Shown here: piece by piece, positions 48,773 to 61,710 of the stretch | Position numbering within the stretch: position 1 is the first letter of the stretch | Layout: every line of letters begins with the position of its first letter | Source: Oikopleura dioica | Taxonomy: Eukaryota; Animalia; Chordata | DNA: 64,000 nt | Direction: 5' to 3' | Assembly (NCBI GenBank): GCA_907165135.1 | Contig: OU015569.1 | Span: forward strand, 4,154,001-4,218,000 | Program-made: the position numbers and the translations under genes | The notes under the pieces: model-generated | Seen by the model: the letters and a program-made list of their open reading frames with translations, nothing else | Database searches by the model: none | What the model was told of the DNA's origin: nothing

Positions 48773-51700
48773 TTATCTTGGCTGATGAGGTTCTTTGTAC
48801 ATTAAATTTTGGCTATTTGGTAGAAGGGGGCGCAGCAGTTCCTCGGGCGGATTGTACATGTGACCTGCAGAAGAGCCAGCTGAAGAGCTCGTAGAAAGCG
48901 CACCAGTGGGATAACGTAGCTGATTGTTTGAGTGACTAAATTTCTGTTAGTTACGGCCGATTTTAGAAGAGCTTTTCTACCTCGCTGGGCTTGCTGGTGG
49001 AGCGGGATGAGGACGAACGGATGATTTCCAGCTGTTCTCGTACGGATTTGGCACAAATTGAGTATTTGACACTGTGGTAGATTCTGTTGAAGGTGAAATG
49101 TGAGATCGAGCATCGATATTGGAAGAGATGTTTTTGTTCCTCGAACTCTGGAATTGAAAGGAAGATGTGGAAGAAGAAGAATGCTGAAATAAATGAGTGT
49201 TTATCACAGAGAAAAAGATTGAACTCACCGATCGTGGACCTGGGTGGAATTGTCTGGTCTGAGGTAGATTTCGATGTTGCGTTTCCAGCTGCGAAACGAT
49301 TTTGGAAAACACGGGCCGTGCTTGGCCGTTGTAAGCCCAACAATTAATTAATAGGTTGTAAACTGGTAGCGGGCAGCCATCAGGACATGGCAAAACTTGC
49401 TTGCGATGGATAACAAGTTCCATGACTCCTTCGTCAGTGTAGCCAAGATATGGCTGTGTGCCATAGCTGTAGACTTCCCAGCAGCAAACGGCAAAGCTCC
49501 AAACGTCGGAAGCCTAATCGATTCTTGTAAACTTGGCTTGATAAACTTCCCTTACCGTTGTGTAATCGGCTTTTAGAAGCGATTCGGGAGACATCCATCT
49601 AACGGGAATCAATGTTTGCGGGCTACAGGAAGAGCCAATTTCGCCAGCAGCAACCTGAGGATTGAAATAGTCGGAAGCGGTTTCTGCTCGCGCGATGCCG
49701 ATATTTGAAATTTTGACGCGCATTTGCGAATCGATTAGAATATTACGCGCTGCGAGATCACGGTGAACGTATGGCCGTTCTCCAGAGGATAAATAATCCA
49801 TGCCTTCAGCGATCTAAACAGTTGATTATTTTGGTTTTTTGTCGCTGAACAAACCTGAAGGCAAATATGGAGCTGAGTTTGAGCGTTCATTGGCGAGCCG
49901 CAGTAAATGTCAGAATTCGGATTTTTGCTCAGCAAAAAGTTCTTGAGATCCCCAAGATCAGTGTATTCAAATATCATCGAACGGAAACTTGGCGTGATAA
50001 CAACAGCGCGAAGCGAAGCAATACGATCGTGCCGCAACTCCTGGAGCATTTCGATTTCACGCCAGAACTGGTGAATTTGTTGCGTATTGGAGCCGGCGGC
50101 GAGAGACTGAATTCTTGTGTGAGTATTTTACTTTTATCGAAAGTCGCGTACCTTTGCGGCGACAGGATGTGTTGGAGCGTAAAGCAGGTTTGGCGCAATT
50201 TCGGCCAAGTAGACCGTCCCATAAAAAGCTTCGCCCAGTTCCTTTCGGCAGTGAACAGAGCCGGCGGGGAGCTCCGGAAGTGGAATCCGCCTGGGCATGC
50301 CCAATCCATTGCTCAAATTTCGCGTCTCCTGATAATTCTAAATTTAGTTCTCATGCACATGCTCATCTTATCAAACCTGCTGCTGGAGGATTTCAGACGA
50401 CTGTCGATTATCAACATTGCTGAGATGGTCGCCTTTCGCGGCGGCTTTTGGATTTCGCTTACGACAAGCGATCCAGGCAATCACTAGAATCCCGAGGACA
50501 AGGGAAACAGCAACAGATGGCAGGAGGATAATTAACGCTTCTTTAGTCAGAAGTGTTTCTTTGGGGCACTCTTGCACTTCACAAGCTTGAGGTTCTAAGG
50601 TTCCGGTCGAGGTTTGAACAAAACACCACGGTTCTTGAAGCAATGGGTCTGGGTGCTATAATCAATCAAGGTAAAGGCTCATCACTATTTTAAATTAGCT
50701 TTACCATATTCTGACTTATAGGATTGCGACAGTAACGATGGCCTCCAGAGAGCTCAGGAAAATTTGATGGCCCATAAATCTTGTACTCTTCCTTGTCGGC
50801 TAAATTGGGAACGTCTTCCCATTTCACGCAGTTCTTGTTTACATTGCCACGATAGCCTGAATATATCAACTGTTACTACTTGATACGAAAACGTCGATCG
50901 CACCGATTCCATTCGACTCGTAACAAGTCTGCGATGTATTGAGAACGGCGGGGAGACCGATCGATAGGCAATCCTGTGACTTTTGCTTTGCGGCGAGATT
51001 CTCGCAGTTGAACTTGTGCAGCTCGTTCGCGACGACGTAAAGCTCCTCGTTTTCTGTCATGGTCAAGTTTTCGAACACGGAGGCGCAGTACGAGTGGCGC
51101 ATCATTTCGCAGTCCGCAGGACAGAGTTGTTTTGTTTCTCTGAATTCGAATTAATACAGACTCTGTATTACAGAGCAAAGAAATCCGCTGGCGACTTACC
51201 CGCTCTCAGTGCATTCTGGGAGGAGATAGTGGCAGAATGCTTTTGGTGCGTAATCATAACATTGCTCTGTCATAATGCCATGTTTCTTCAGCTGCTCGAA
51301 AGCATTGTTGATGATGTTCTCCATTAACGGGATGCTCTCTTCGCTTTGAATATGCACTGATTTGTATTTCAAGTAGCGTCCGCATATTCCAGGGTGCTGA
51401 TTTTAGGTAAACACACCTTTTATTCAATTAACTTCAAAGAAAAAAAAATCTTTGAAAAGCACGTATGAAAGTGTATGAACCATTCCTCATTGGGGTATTT
51501 GAAGCAATAGTTGTCGACGGGGACATCAGAGCCAGTGTCGGGCAGTTTTGGATTAGTGTCTTGGTCCACGGCGACATTTATGGTTGCCGAAGTACATCTA
51601 CTATCATTCGTGGACTTTAACCGCCCGCAGCATTTGTACTTGCCGCCATCGACCGTGGTCGCAAAGTCGATATTTATAGTTGAGGTGAATTTTTTCTTTT

Positions 51701-51954
51701 GATTCTTGTAAGAGCCAGAAATATATAAATTTACTTACGTAATCGTTGATGATGCTCTGAACATTTTCTTCGTCGAGGAAGTCGCCATCCTTTTCCCAGG
51801 TGAATTCTTCTGCCCCGTGGATGCTGCACTCGAGCTCGATTGAAGAAAAGAGCTTGTAGGTTTTATCTCTCAGAGGTTTGGTGATGACAAGGTCTTCTGC
51901 GCTCACGAGGGCGGCGAGAAGGACCAGGCCAGGTTGAAATACTTTTCGATGCAT
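48773..51954 (-). CDS. ROR: ROR-family receptor tyrosine (pseudo)kinase: signal peptide, Ig, Frizzled-CRD, kringle, TM, kinase-like domain, S/P-rich tail
   Basis: Signal peptide plus Ig (LECSIHG...WEKDG), Cys-rich CRD, kringle PWCFVQ, TM LLPSVAVSLVLGILVIAWIAC, VHRDLAARN, PVRWMSPES and LPCPDGCP. The last exon is tentative. Confidence 0.9.
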
Positions 51955-54900
51955 GGCTGGAAACGCACGGCTTGGAACGTCTCACATCGGTACCGATTTC
52001 ATTCTAAAGCACACACTCACGCTTATCACTTGAACATGTTCACAGCTGGATGCACAATTTTAGAAGTATAAACATCCCGTCGACGCGCGATTTCGCAAGT
52101 TTCCTCAACAATTTCGGAAATAGCAATTTCAACACGTCCGATCTCGATAATCCCATCAACAGCGGCAAAACCAGCCCTGAGCGATCCCGTCAAAATCTGG
52201 CCAGAAAATCAAATAAGCCCATAAAATATCTGACCGTGACTAAGTCAGTTTTCGAATTTTCACTATCTAATAAGGGTTGCTTTATTAGTTCTCGAATCGA
52301 GTGAATTCGAACTTGGCGAACGGTGTTTAATTGACTCTTGTCCCATTGAGTGGCTCAGTAACTGTAGTGCACTGTATTCAGCGGCGGGTATATTTGCGCT
52401 GGTCATTTAACTTCACCAATGTCGCCAAATGACGGCTAAATTGTCCTGGCACTCTTTATGTCACGATTTTGATTCTCGCGCAAATATTAGCCCAAGTCCA
52501 CTGCTGATCTACAATATTATCTTTAATAACACCCTTCAAAGGAAAATAAAGCGTGCGTAAATCTTGAGTATGTTTGAATTGACGAAGAGATTCGAGGCAA
52601 AAGAATAATTGAATTATGCCTTTGGAAGTTGAAAGAATTCTTCAAAATTGAATAAATCAGTTGAAAGGGGTTCCGCAAATTTGCTCGCCCTAGACTTTAA
52701 TCGGATAAAGGGTCAACCGTGCTCTAGTTCTCCCCTTTGGAGTCTCGTTGAGCTAGAGCTTTACTAATCTGTTTACTGATCGACGCCGTGCAAACGACCA
52801 AAAATACTAAAAAATTCGATACAGTACAGTTCCGTGTTGTGGCAACGGAAGTGGAACCTAAGTGACCCGAATGAGCTTTCAGGGTGTTTGGATTGGTTCT
52901 CTCCCTTATTAATATTCGCGATGGAATTGTGCTCCGCCAAAAATATTCCAAAAACGAAGAATGCACTCAAGTAGAATATCATTTTCCCAGACGCGCGAAA
53001 AATTGCGAAGGAGAAGCACTTTTGAGAAGTGTTTGCGCATTGCTTTTAAAATTGCGCCACGAAATTGTCGAGAAAATATTATGAGCATCGGACGTTGTTG
53101 TTCGTTCGGCTTCGTAAAATTTCAAAAACGACAAAAAAATGCGCACGATGACAATGAACACATCAAACGATCTTCTCCGTAAAATGAGCTTTAGGGGCGA
53201 TCAGCTGGTACATTTACTCTCGACGCGGAGAATTCTTTCAATTCAAAATGAGTGTTTAAAAAACTCAAAACTCGAAAAAAGCTGTTGTTGGCATACATAC
53301 AGTTGGCAGTGCTCGTCAACCTTGGCTGGGGAAAGCGACCACAAATTCGTGTCAACCCAACCCCTAGCCAGCTTGTCTGGCTCGCACGAGCAAGGTTGCG
53401 TGTGGCCTAAACTAGCCGTAATCAATAAACGACTCTATTAAATATTGACGCGTATTTTCGTAGGATACTTCCTGACAAACATTATTACGGCCGCGAATTT
53501 GTCAGCAAAAGCACTTCTGAATTACATTCCCTAATTACTCGAAGGAATCTACTTACTTCAATAAAAGAAAAGAGCAAATGTCAAAGGCGTGTCCCTAAAA
53601 TACCGAAGTACAGCCAAAATTCTTTCCTTCTCTTTCAAAACTAAAAAAAGACGAGATAAAAAAGTTGGATCAATGGGCTCGCCTCGTGTGCGAAATACAT
53701 TTGTGAATCTTTACAGTGCTGGGCTCAAATATTCAATCTTTGTTCGTATATTTGTCCATAAAATGCGATAAGTCCCCTTTTGTCAAACAAGCGAGATTGG
53801 TGTTGGGTGCTCTCTTCCGGTCCTATGTCAAATTCCCCGTCAATGCGTCCCGTCTTCCGCAAACTAAACTTCTTATCTTCCGCCTTCCTAATCTCTTTAC
53901 TTCTTGAAAACATTCTCTAATTAATTGCCCAGTCAAGGTAGTATTTGAGTTTAAGGCTGATTGCGCGAGGAGGTTCCTCTGCCCGAGGTCGTTTTGAAAA
54001 GAAACGAAGAAAGCCCCCCGCGAGCCCCAGCGCGCGCGCTCACATAGCGCAACTCAACTCAACGCACTCAAGACCCCCAGTGGCCGCGTAGGCGATCGTA
54101 CCCTTATTCTTCTGGCTTCAAGGACTTTTTATCGGTCTGAGGCCAAGTTCAAGCTCTCAAGCGACGCGCTCGCGAAAAAATAAGAATAACCGTAGTGGCG
54201 ATAAACTTGTCCGGACGTATTAATTTTGTTTCCGAGCGTTTCTATTTGAATTTCATGATTTCCGTCCGGAAATTCTTCATTTTCGTTATTTTTTTAATTG
54301 CTTTATCTTAATACCTCTGTCTAACAGCAGATTTTCAAATGCTAAGTGCAGTTTCAGTGAAAAGGTGAGTCGCCGGCTGGATCGGGCTCCGCGCGCCCGT
54401 CAATCCCATAAATCATCATCAAGTACCTGGCTGTGTGGGGAGAAGCTGGACCGGGCCAGATGATGGGATACACAAACGTTTCCTGTGCGTAATAATTTAT
54501 ATCATTGACAGTTGGAGTACTCTGATATTCGACGCTGCATTTACGAGCGCTCACTCCGGCTCGTTTGCTCGTTAAAGCCGAGTGATTATTTTAATTTTTT
54601 TTTTTTTTTGATATTGTCACAACGTGGGGCAGTGTTTTTTCTCCGATCTACTGTAATTAATGCTGTATAGGATCACCTGGAAAGGGAGCAGATAAGTAGA
54701 GCAGTTCTGGCTATCAAACAAACAATCGCGTTTCTGGAAGGGACGGCAGTGATGCGCCTTCAGATTTTCGATGGGGAGACTTATTCAGCCGTGAATTCCT
54801 GTCCTGGTTTAGAGCCACTTGAGCAGATCTAGGCCAAAACAATCCCAAGATAGTATCTGCCAAACTACTTTGCTGCAAAATATATCATCTCCGTCTTATT

Positions 54901-56621
54901 TCTAAAACTGCTTCCTTATCACTGCGTGACGTCAAGTGCGTTGAAGCCGTCCCTGGAGTTATGCGATATCTACGGCGCATCTCTTTGACAGAGCCGACTT
55001 TGACTAAAAAAAGAAGCAGCTGCTGCATGCGCAAAATACATACAGAGCGGCGGGTAGGCCAGACTCCCGGCGATTTTCCGCATCCGGCCTGGGAGAAAGT
55101 GATAGGCTCATTATGTCCTGCTGAGACCGCGACGATCCGTATAATCTCGCTCGATGCTTTCAAGGTCGTATTTGTCGCGGTGCAAGGAGCTCTGTCGCCC
55201 TATGAGAGTAATCACGGAGGTACTTACTTTTAAAGTGCCACAAGCAAGCCCAGCGTGTTTGTAGCGATTCGAAGAGCGTTGAAATTAAAATTGACATGCG
55301 TCTTTTTGCTGCTTGAATTTTGAATTGCAGCAACATGCGCTGCAGACGCTGGCCTCAGTCCAGTCAACAATTTTCAAATGGGATTTCACTCATTTGTTTA
55401 CGCAAGGAAGAGAGCGATAACATAGGCTCTAAACTTCCGAAGTGGACCGGGGGCATGGAAATTGAGACTATCTAATCTTGTCAAAATCCAAGCGCACTGA
55501 GTAGGCTCCCAGCAAATTCACTTCCTACAGGAGTGCCGTATACAAATAATCAATTCAATTCGCAGCAACTCAAACGATGGTCCCTAATCACGAGATGTTC
55601 TATAAACATAAGCCCATTCGACTTGAATTCGATAAATCGGCTTTTGTTTTGTTAGAAGAATTGTAAAGACCTAATCCTGTTCTTTCATAAGATTTATGAA
55701 ACGGTCTTCTCCTCTACCTTCGACCATTATCCCTATTGTGCGCTGCTTCCGTATAAAGAGTAGAAGACGCTGCTCGCCAACGCCGTTGTCAACACAACAG
55801 TTTTTGGTGGATCTGTGATCATCAAATCGGGAAATAACTTTCTTCCGAGATCGCCGGCTTTCGAAAAACGGTTTAAAATGACACGTGGCGATTTATGAGT
55901 TCAATAAACCTATCGAGTCCCAGATGTTTTATCGCATTAATTCAATGACTTATCTAGGCGCTAATTTACATAAGTGGAATCAAGCGCACTGCATTTTATG
56001 CAAAAATGAACTTTATTAAAAAAAATAAAGAAGATTGACTGCCAACAAGTTAAATTGGAGAAGTGATTTGAAGAATCTCTTCGAGCGGAGGTGCTGACTT
56101 CCGGGAGTTTGGTCCATGAATTCGACTCATCGCGCCCTGAAAGAAGACTTGTTTTAGATTTCATACAGTGGTGGCGAAAATAATGGCGGATATAACGCAG
56201 GATCATCGTTAATACGTGCCCAGATTTGATGGACTCTTGATCTGAAAGATCAATCAAATTTCAGAGAGGCGAGGCGCACCTTTTATCTCAAGCAGCAGGG
56301 TACCGCTATCCCGGTCGGGCTCTTGGCCCGTATTTGTTCATAAGTTCTTAGACTGAGTGGCTAATCTGGCGAGAGCCGAGTGATCCGCACCCGGCGGAAA
56401 TAACAAAACAGTAGGGGACTTAGATGACAGCATTGGGCAAAAATAGGGTGGATTAGAGCGGCAGAGTCCGCGATAAACATATCGCAAGTGAAGAAAGATG
56501 ACTTTCAGAATGATTTATTGCCGCTGATTCCTTTTCCTCGTTAAAATGAGTTTGAATTTTGGACAAAAAATGTAAAGTGCCTCAAATTTGACATTGAATT
56601 TTATTATCGTTCTTATCGAAA

Positions 56622-58457
56622 CTATTTCGGTGAAGCGCGCTCTTGGATTTGGCACACGTTACACAGAACATGCGCTTTTGTTTGCTCCATGTGTTCTTGG
56701 TTTAGCGAAGGCACTCTTGAGAGGTGCTCTTGAAAGCTACAGCATGAGAACTTACTCTCTTCAGACTGCGCAAGATCAAACAGATTAGCTCGTTGTTATT
56801 ACCCTTATTTGATAGCTATCGATATCTTGCAATTATTTTTCTCAGGACGTAGAAATTTAAATCAATCATTCTGAACGTGATCAACGAGCCTCATTTTTGA
56901 TTATTTCAAAATTACTTGTCCAGATCTCTTCCATGATTTCAATAACTGATAATGACTTGAATTCTTACCCTTGATCTCGCTTCCATCTCCCCGACGACTT
57001 CTGCTTTTCTTATAAGTCTATTTCGAAGCTGTGCGATTTCCTCCTTCAAATTACTTATTTGCGTGTTATGGTAGCTGCTGAGAGCCTGTAATTGTCGCTT
57101 GTGATGCCCCTAAAACACACTTTTGAGCTTTTGCCAATTATGAACTAAAAGCTCCTTCAAGCTCTTGAAAATTTGCTGCGATTACCTCAATTTCTGAAAG
57201 CTTTGATTTCATTGCGCGGCATTCAACTCGTTTCGCCTTTTAGAAAGTTTACTTACTCGTCGAGTTACAAGAAAGTTTCCGAATAAGAACCGTTCCTGAA
57301 TAGCAGATTCAGCATCAGCCAAGTTTTGTTTGAGTTGAGTGACTTTTTGAGTCAATGAAGACATTTTGGATTCACTTTCTGTCAGTCTATCCGCAGCTTC
57401 ACTCGCGGAGCTATCACGCAACGTTAGAATTAAATTTAATGTTCAATTTCACTCGCCTTATTTGTGTTACAAGGTCGTCGGTCTGCGCTTTATGCTTACT
57501 GTTCAACTCAGCCAGCATTTCAGCAGTTTCTGCCTCGATGTGCGCTCGTTGATCTCGCAAGCGCGAGCTGAGCTTTTTTTGGAACGAGTTCTCAAGCTCC
57601 ACTCGCTTTTTCGCTTCTTCGTCTTGAATGAGTTTATTAACAAAACTAGCTATAAAAAAACTATGAAATTGAAACTCGCACTAGAATGATTCGTCGCTCC
57701 TCCTCCAGTTTTTTATTGTATTCAACTTTACATTGTGCCTGAAACTGTTCAAAGGCCATTTGTGTATCCGTAAGTTGCTCCGATACTTGTCTATAATAAA
57801 TTAGTGAGTGCACTTGAATCGATGACTTACTTTTCTCGTAATCGAGATGCTTCAGCTTTTTGAGCACGGTCCCTTTGGAATTCGTCTTTTTGCTGTTGAG
57901 TTTGATCAAAAAACTCCTGATTCAGTAAGACTATTTTATTCTCATACTCCTCTCGGATCTTCTCTTCCAGCTCTCTTTTTCAGAGATATAAAAACTGTCA
58001 ATATAAATCGTATCATAACATATCTTCATAATATATCTAGTTTTATTCGCTTCCTAAGCTCATCAGCACGCTCCATTTTTGTACGCCTGTGCGATTCTTG
58101 CTCTTCCTGCAGAAGATATGAAAGCCGCTCTATCTCTTCTTCAAGCATTCTTGATGTTGAAAGCTTTCCATCGAGCTTCTTGCTTCTTTGGTATCGTGGA
58201 TCTGAGGGCGAACTTATGCGTGGCAGTTTTTCAGTGTTCAATTTCGCGACTATTTGATGGTCTTCTGATCTTGAGAGCTCAAATCCAGCTTGCTCGTAGA
58301 TCTTGGTAGAACCCTGAACGCCGAGACTGTTTAGTTTGCTAGAGAAAAAGGGGGACCTTGTCCTGGCTATATCTTTTGACAGGTATTCCGTCGCCGAGGA
58401 TATCACTTCCGCGAAGAGGTTTTGGCGGTGATCTAGGAGGCGATTCGGCCCCATCAT
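56622..58457 (-). CDS. Uncharacterised long coiled-coil protein (multi-exon, ends approximate)
   Basis: A series of heptad-rich exons (LEEEIERLSYLLQEEQESHRRTK; QAQCKVEYNKKLEEE; SLTQKVTQLKQNLADAE; QISNLKEEIAQLRNRL) separated by short introns. Confidence 0.5.
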
Positions 58458-59640
58458 TCCTATACCGAAGAGGCCACCCTAATGGCAATGGACTTTGCTA
58501 AACAAGCTCGCTCTACGAATATCGCTTGCTAAGTATTACCTTTGGCCTGTAAAATGGCACCTTGTCGTCCAACATTCTGAAATTGGCGTCTTTGCGCGCT
58601 TTTAAAAACTTCACCTAAGGCCGAATAAGAGCACCGTGAAGTATTTAAATCTTTCGCTCAATATTTTGGACTCTGTGATTTTTCCGCGGCCAATCACGAG
58701 CAAAAAGAAAGCCGCATAAAAGACAGAGGGGTAAGAGAATGGACAGTGAAAGGCGCTTTCTCCAGAATTTAATCGACGCACACAGCAATGACGACACATC
58801 GACTGGTCAGACAAAGCTCCGTCGCCGTCAGTCAGGGCTAACCTCATCTGCTTTATTTTAACATTTCCTAACACAGTGTAACACACTCTTTCTTTGAATC
58901 AAATCCTTCTATTTAGTGTTATTACAAATTAATTAACTGGTCTTAAATTAAATAGCCTATTTTATCTAGGCTATATAAGATAGGTTAACACAGGTTAACC
59001 TGCTATCAGAAACGAGTCGTTGCAGCTCAATACGGTAAGAAGCAAAAGTGTGCATTTAATTCTCTGACTCAGTTTTTTATTAGCAAATGTCATTTTTTCG
59101 AGCCGTTTGGTAGAGTAAATATTTGGCTCAGTGATAGAATAGTAAATCGTTTTCGATCGGCCGAAAGCATCACTGATTCTTGATCCTACAGTGGAATTCT
59201 TTCTATCTCTGTCTCAATTAAATTCTTGATCGCGTAATATTGACTCGACCATAGTTTCTACCAGTATATTTCAAACGGAATTAGATAAATTTTATGACAT
59301 AAAATGAGACGCATCAGTGAGTTAAAGACTTCATCGAGCATGAGAGTGATCAGAAAGTGTAAATATTTTGATCTCGGGATAAGTTGCGCTCCGATAATAA
59401 GCACTTCTGTTGGCAAAACTTTTCAAGCGCGGAGTTGAATACATGTGCAGTCTATGCCTGATACTCAATGCAGATTATTCTTTAATTGCAACATTCATTT
59501 TAGTGGACGAGCAAATCAAAGAAACATATCTAAGTGGTCTTCTTTTCCGGTAGAATTTATAATGACTTATTTTTTTGTCTTCTATCTAATATAATGTTTT
59601 CGAATATATAATTTCGAATTATTAATTTGTAATCAGCTCG

Positions 59641-61164
59641 TTGAAAAAATATGAATTCAAGCACAGGCATCTTTACCAAAACTTTTCAAAGTTCCAAACA
59701 AAGGAGGAAATAAGCACTGGAGAGTTTCCGCATCAACTGGTGATACAAATTATCGAACACTGCATTCAAGAAGCTGATATCGAGGAAAAAGATCCAGAGA
59801 TATTGCTAAGTAAAATAAATCTTTAAAAAAAAATTCATTATTTTTAAGAAAATTGTCTTTGCATTTTACCAAGTGTGTCTGAAAAAATATCTGATTCTGT
59901 CGATCAACAAAATCGCCCTGAATCATATCGAAAATACTTCTTGGAATCATGGAAGAAAGGGTGATATATTTTTGGTAAGCTAAGCGGAGTTTCTGAATAG
60001 AAAAAATATCACAAAAAGGGCTCAAAACGGACAAATGAGGATTACTTCAATGTGAAGCAGAGTGATCAAATGGAGATTTATGCTATCTTTGGTAAGATGA
60101 ATTAGGCCTTCTCGCATTCAGTACAGCATAAGATGGTCACGGAGGATTTTCTGCGGCAGAGTTTGCCTCCTGCCTTCTTGTTCCTCAGGTTCAAAATCAA
60201 TTGGCCTCAAGTCACGGAGAAGATCAAATAATTAATACCTTTGGGAATCTACAGAAAATGATTGAAGACTCAATTTCTGATAGATCTGGGTCAACTGCTG
60301 CTCTTTATATAGGTTTAAAAGGGGCAGTTGCGATTGTCGTTATTATTTGAATTTCAAGAGACTCGTGGAAAAAGTATTTTCTCTTGGGTCGGCGACAGCA
60401 GCATACTTGGAATTGACGAGGTATCAGAACAAGCTGAACTTTTGACAGAGCCACATACGCTCGAGCCACGGGATCTGCTAATTGATGAACTTGAGAGTTA
60501 ATAAAACATTGAAAATCCCAAGAATAGTGCAGCGAGATGCGCGAAAGTATTTCCAAAAATGGGGCTGTCATCACCGGATCTAAAGGAAACTACAGAGTAA
60601 ATGGAGAGCTTGGAGTTGCTCGTGCCCTAGGTAAGTCAGGGCCAAGACCTGCTATATCCGCAAAGGAAACGGGAGCGCACTTTGCAAAGAATCGTTAAAA
60701 ATTGGTGCCCCCAGCTGAACAGCCCTCAGTGCGCGAATTTTCCAGCAGTGTCATCAAGGATAGATACAAATGGATCTGTTTGGTTACTGATGGGCAGGGA
60801 TAAAGTATAACCTCTGCTGATTTAAACCACGTCATTAACGCTGCTGTATACCATCTCCACAAATTTGCTAATATTCTATAAAAATGATGAAGTGTCCATG
60901 CACGAGTATAATGATGTGCTACTAGAGAGCATGTCAATCTTGAACTGTTTCGAAATTCATCGCATTCGTTCTTCAGCTTGCTCAAAAAATATTGTGCTAT
61001 TTTATCCCTAGAGAAGCGTCACAGATGTGCTTTCGCTCAAACAGATAGCTGGTCTTGTGCAGGGAAAGCCAGAAAGCCCATCAATCAATGTTCTCAAAAG
61101 TGCACTCGCTGCTGGAGCTGCCGACAATTTATCGTGCATAGTCGTTGAGATACGTGGAGATTAA
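59641..61164 (+). CDS. PP2C/PPM-family Ser/Thr phosphatase (start uncertain)
   Basis: Ordered PP2C motifs across exons: TNED, IF|DGHGG, SGSTA, WVGDS, RVNGELGVARALG, LVTDG and ADNLSCIVV. Confidence 0.8.
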
Positions 61165-61710
61165 CGAGCTGCCAACCAAATCATAAATGTACTGAATATT
61201 TCACCTTTATTTGCTACGAAGCCTGAAAACATACATCATCAAATAAAGCTTACAACAAAATTGGAAGTTTAACATTTACGATGATTTATATTTATAAATT
61301 TCTTCCAAGTTTTCTGTAAAATTTTGAACGCACAATGTTCATTTTTTCAATAATTCAACGAAACTTGCTTCATCAATTTTTCTTGGATTCTCTATGAAAG
61401 CAAATAAGTCATCCACATGAAATCGTATTTTTTTCAAATAAGAGAGCGAGCTCCTCGAAATATGCGTTCGATGTGTTAACGATCTCATCTTCAGTGGGAG
61501 GGGAAATCGCCCTGTGTGTAGCTGTGTGTGTAGGTCAAAGTACGAGTATATTCTGAGTTGGGCTCGCAACCCCTTGGACCATTTTTCAAATCAAAATCAT
61601 TCAACACGTTTTGCAAATCGCGTTTTTCGTTCCTATTTTTTAACTCTGGCCACTACGAAGAGAAACATCAGAAATATAAGAGAGGAACTTGTCTGAAGCA
61701 TTAGAAGAAA

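Noticed and set aside
48721-48785. C/D-box snoRNA-like ATGATGA...CTGA
   Set aside because: It overlaps the probable ROR last exon on the opposite strand, has a weak terminal stem and has no host intron.
58978-59007. AGGTTAAC-ACAG-GTTAACCT hairpin next to a TATA-like sequence
   Set aside because: An 8-bp stem built on a palindromic hexamer is expected by chance, and it has only superficial similarity to the 3479 hairpin.
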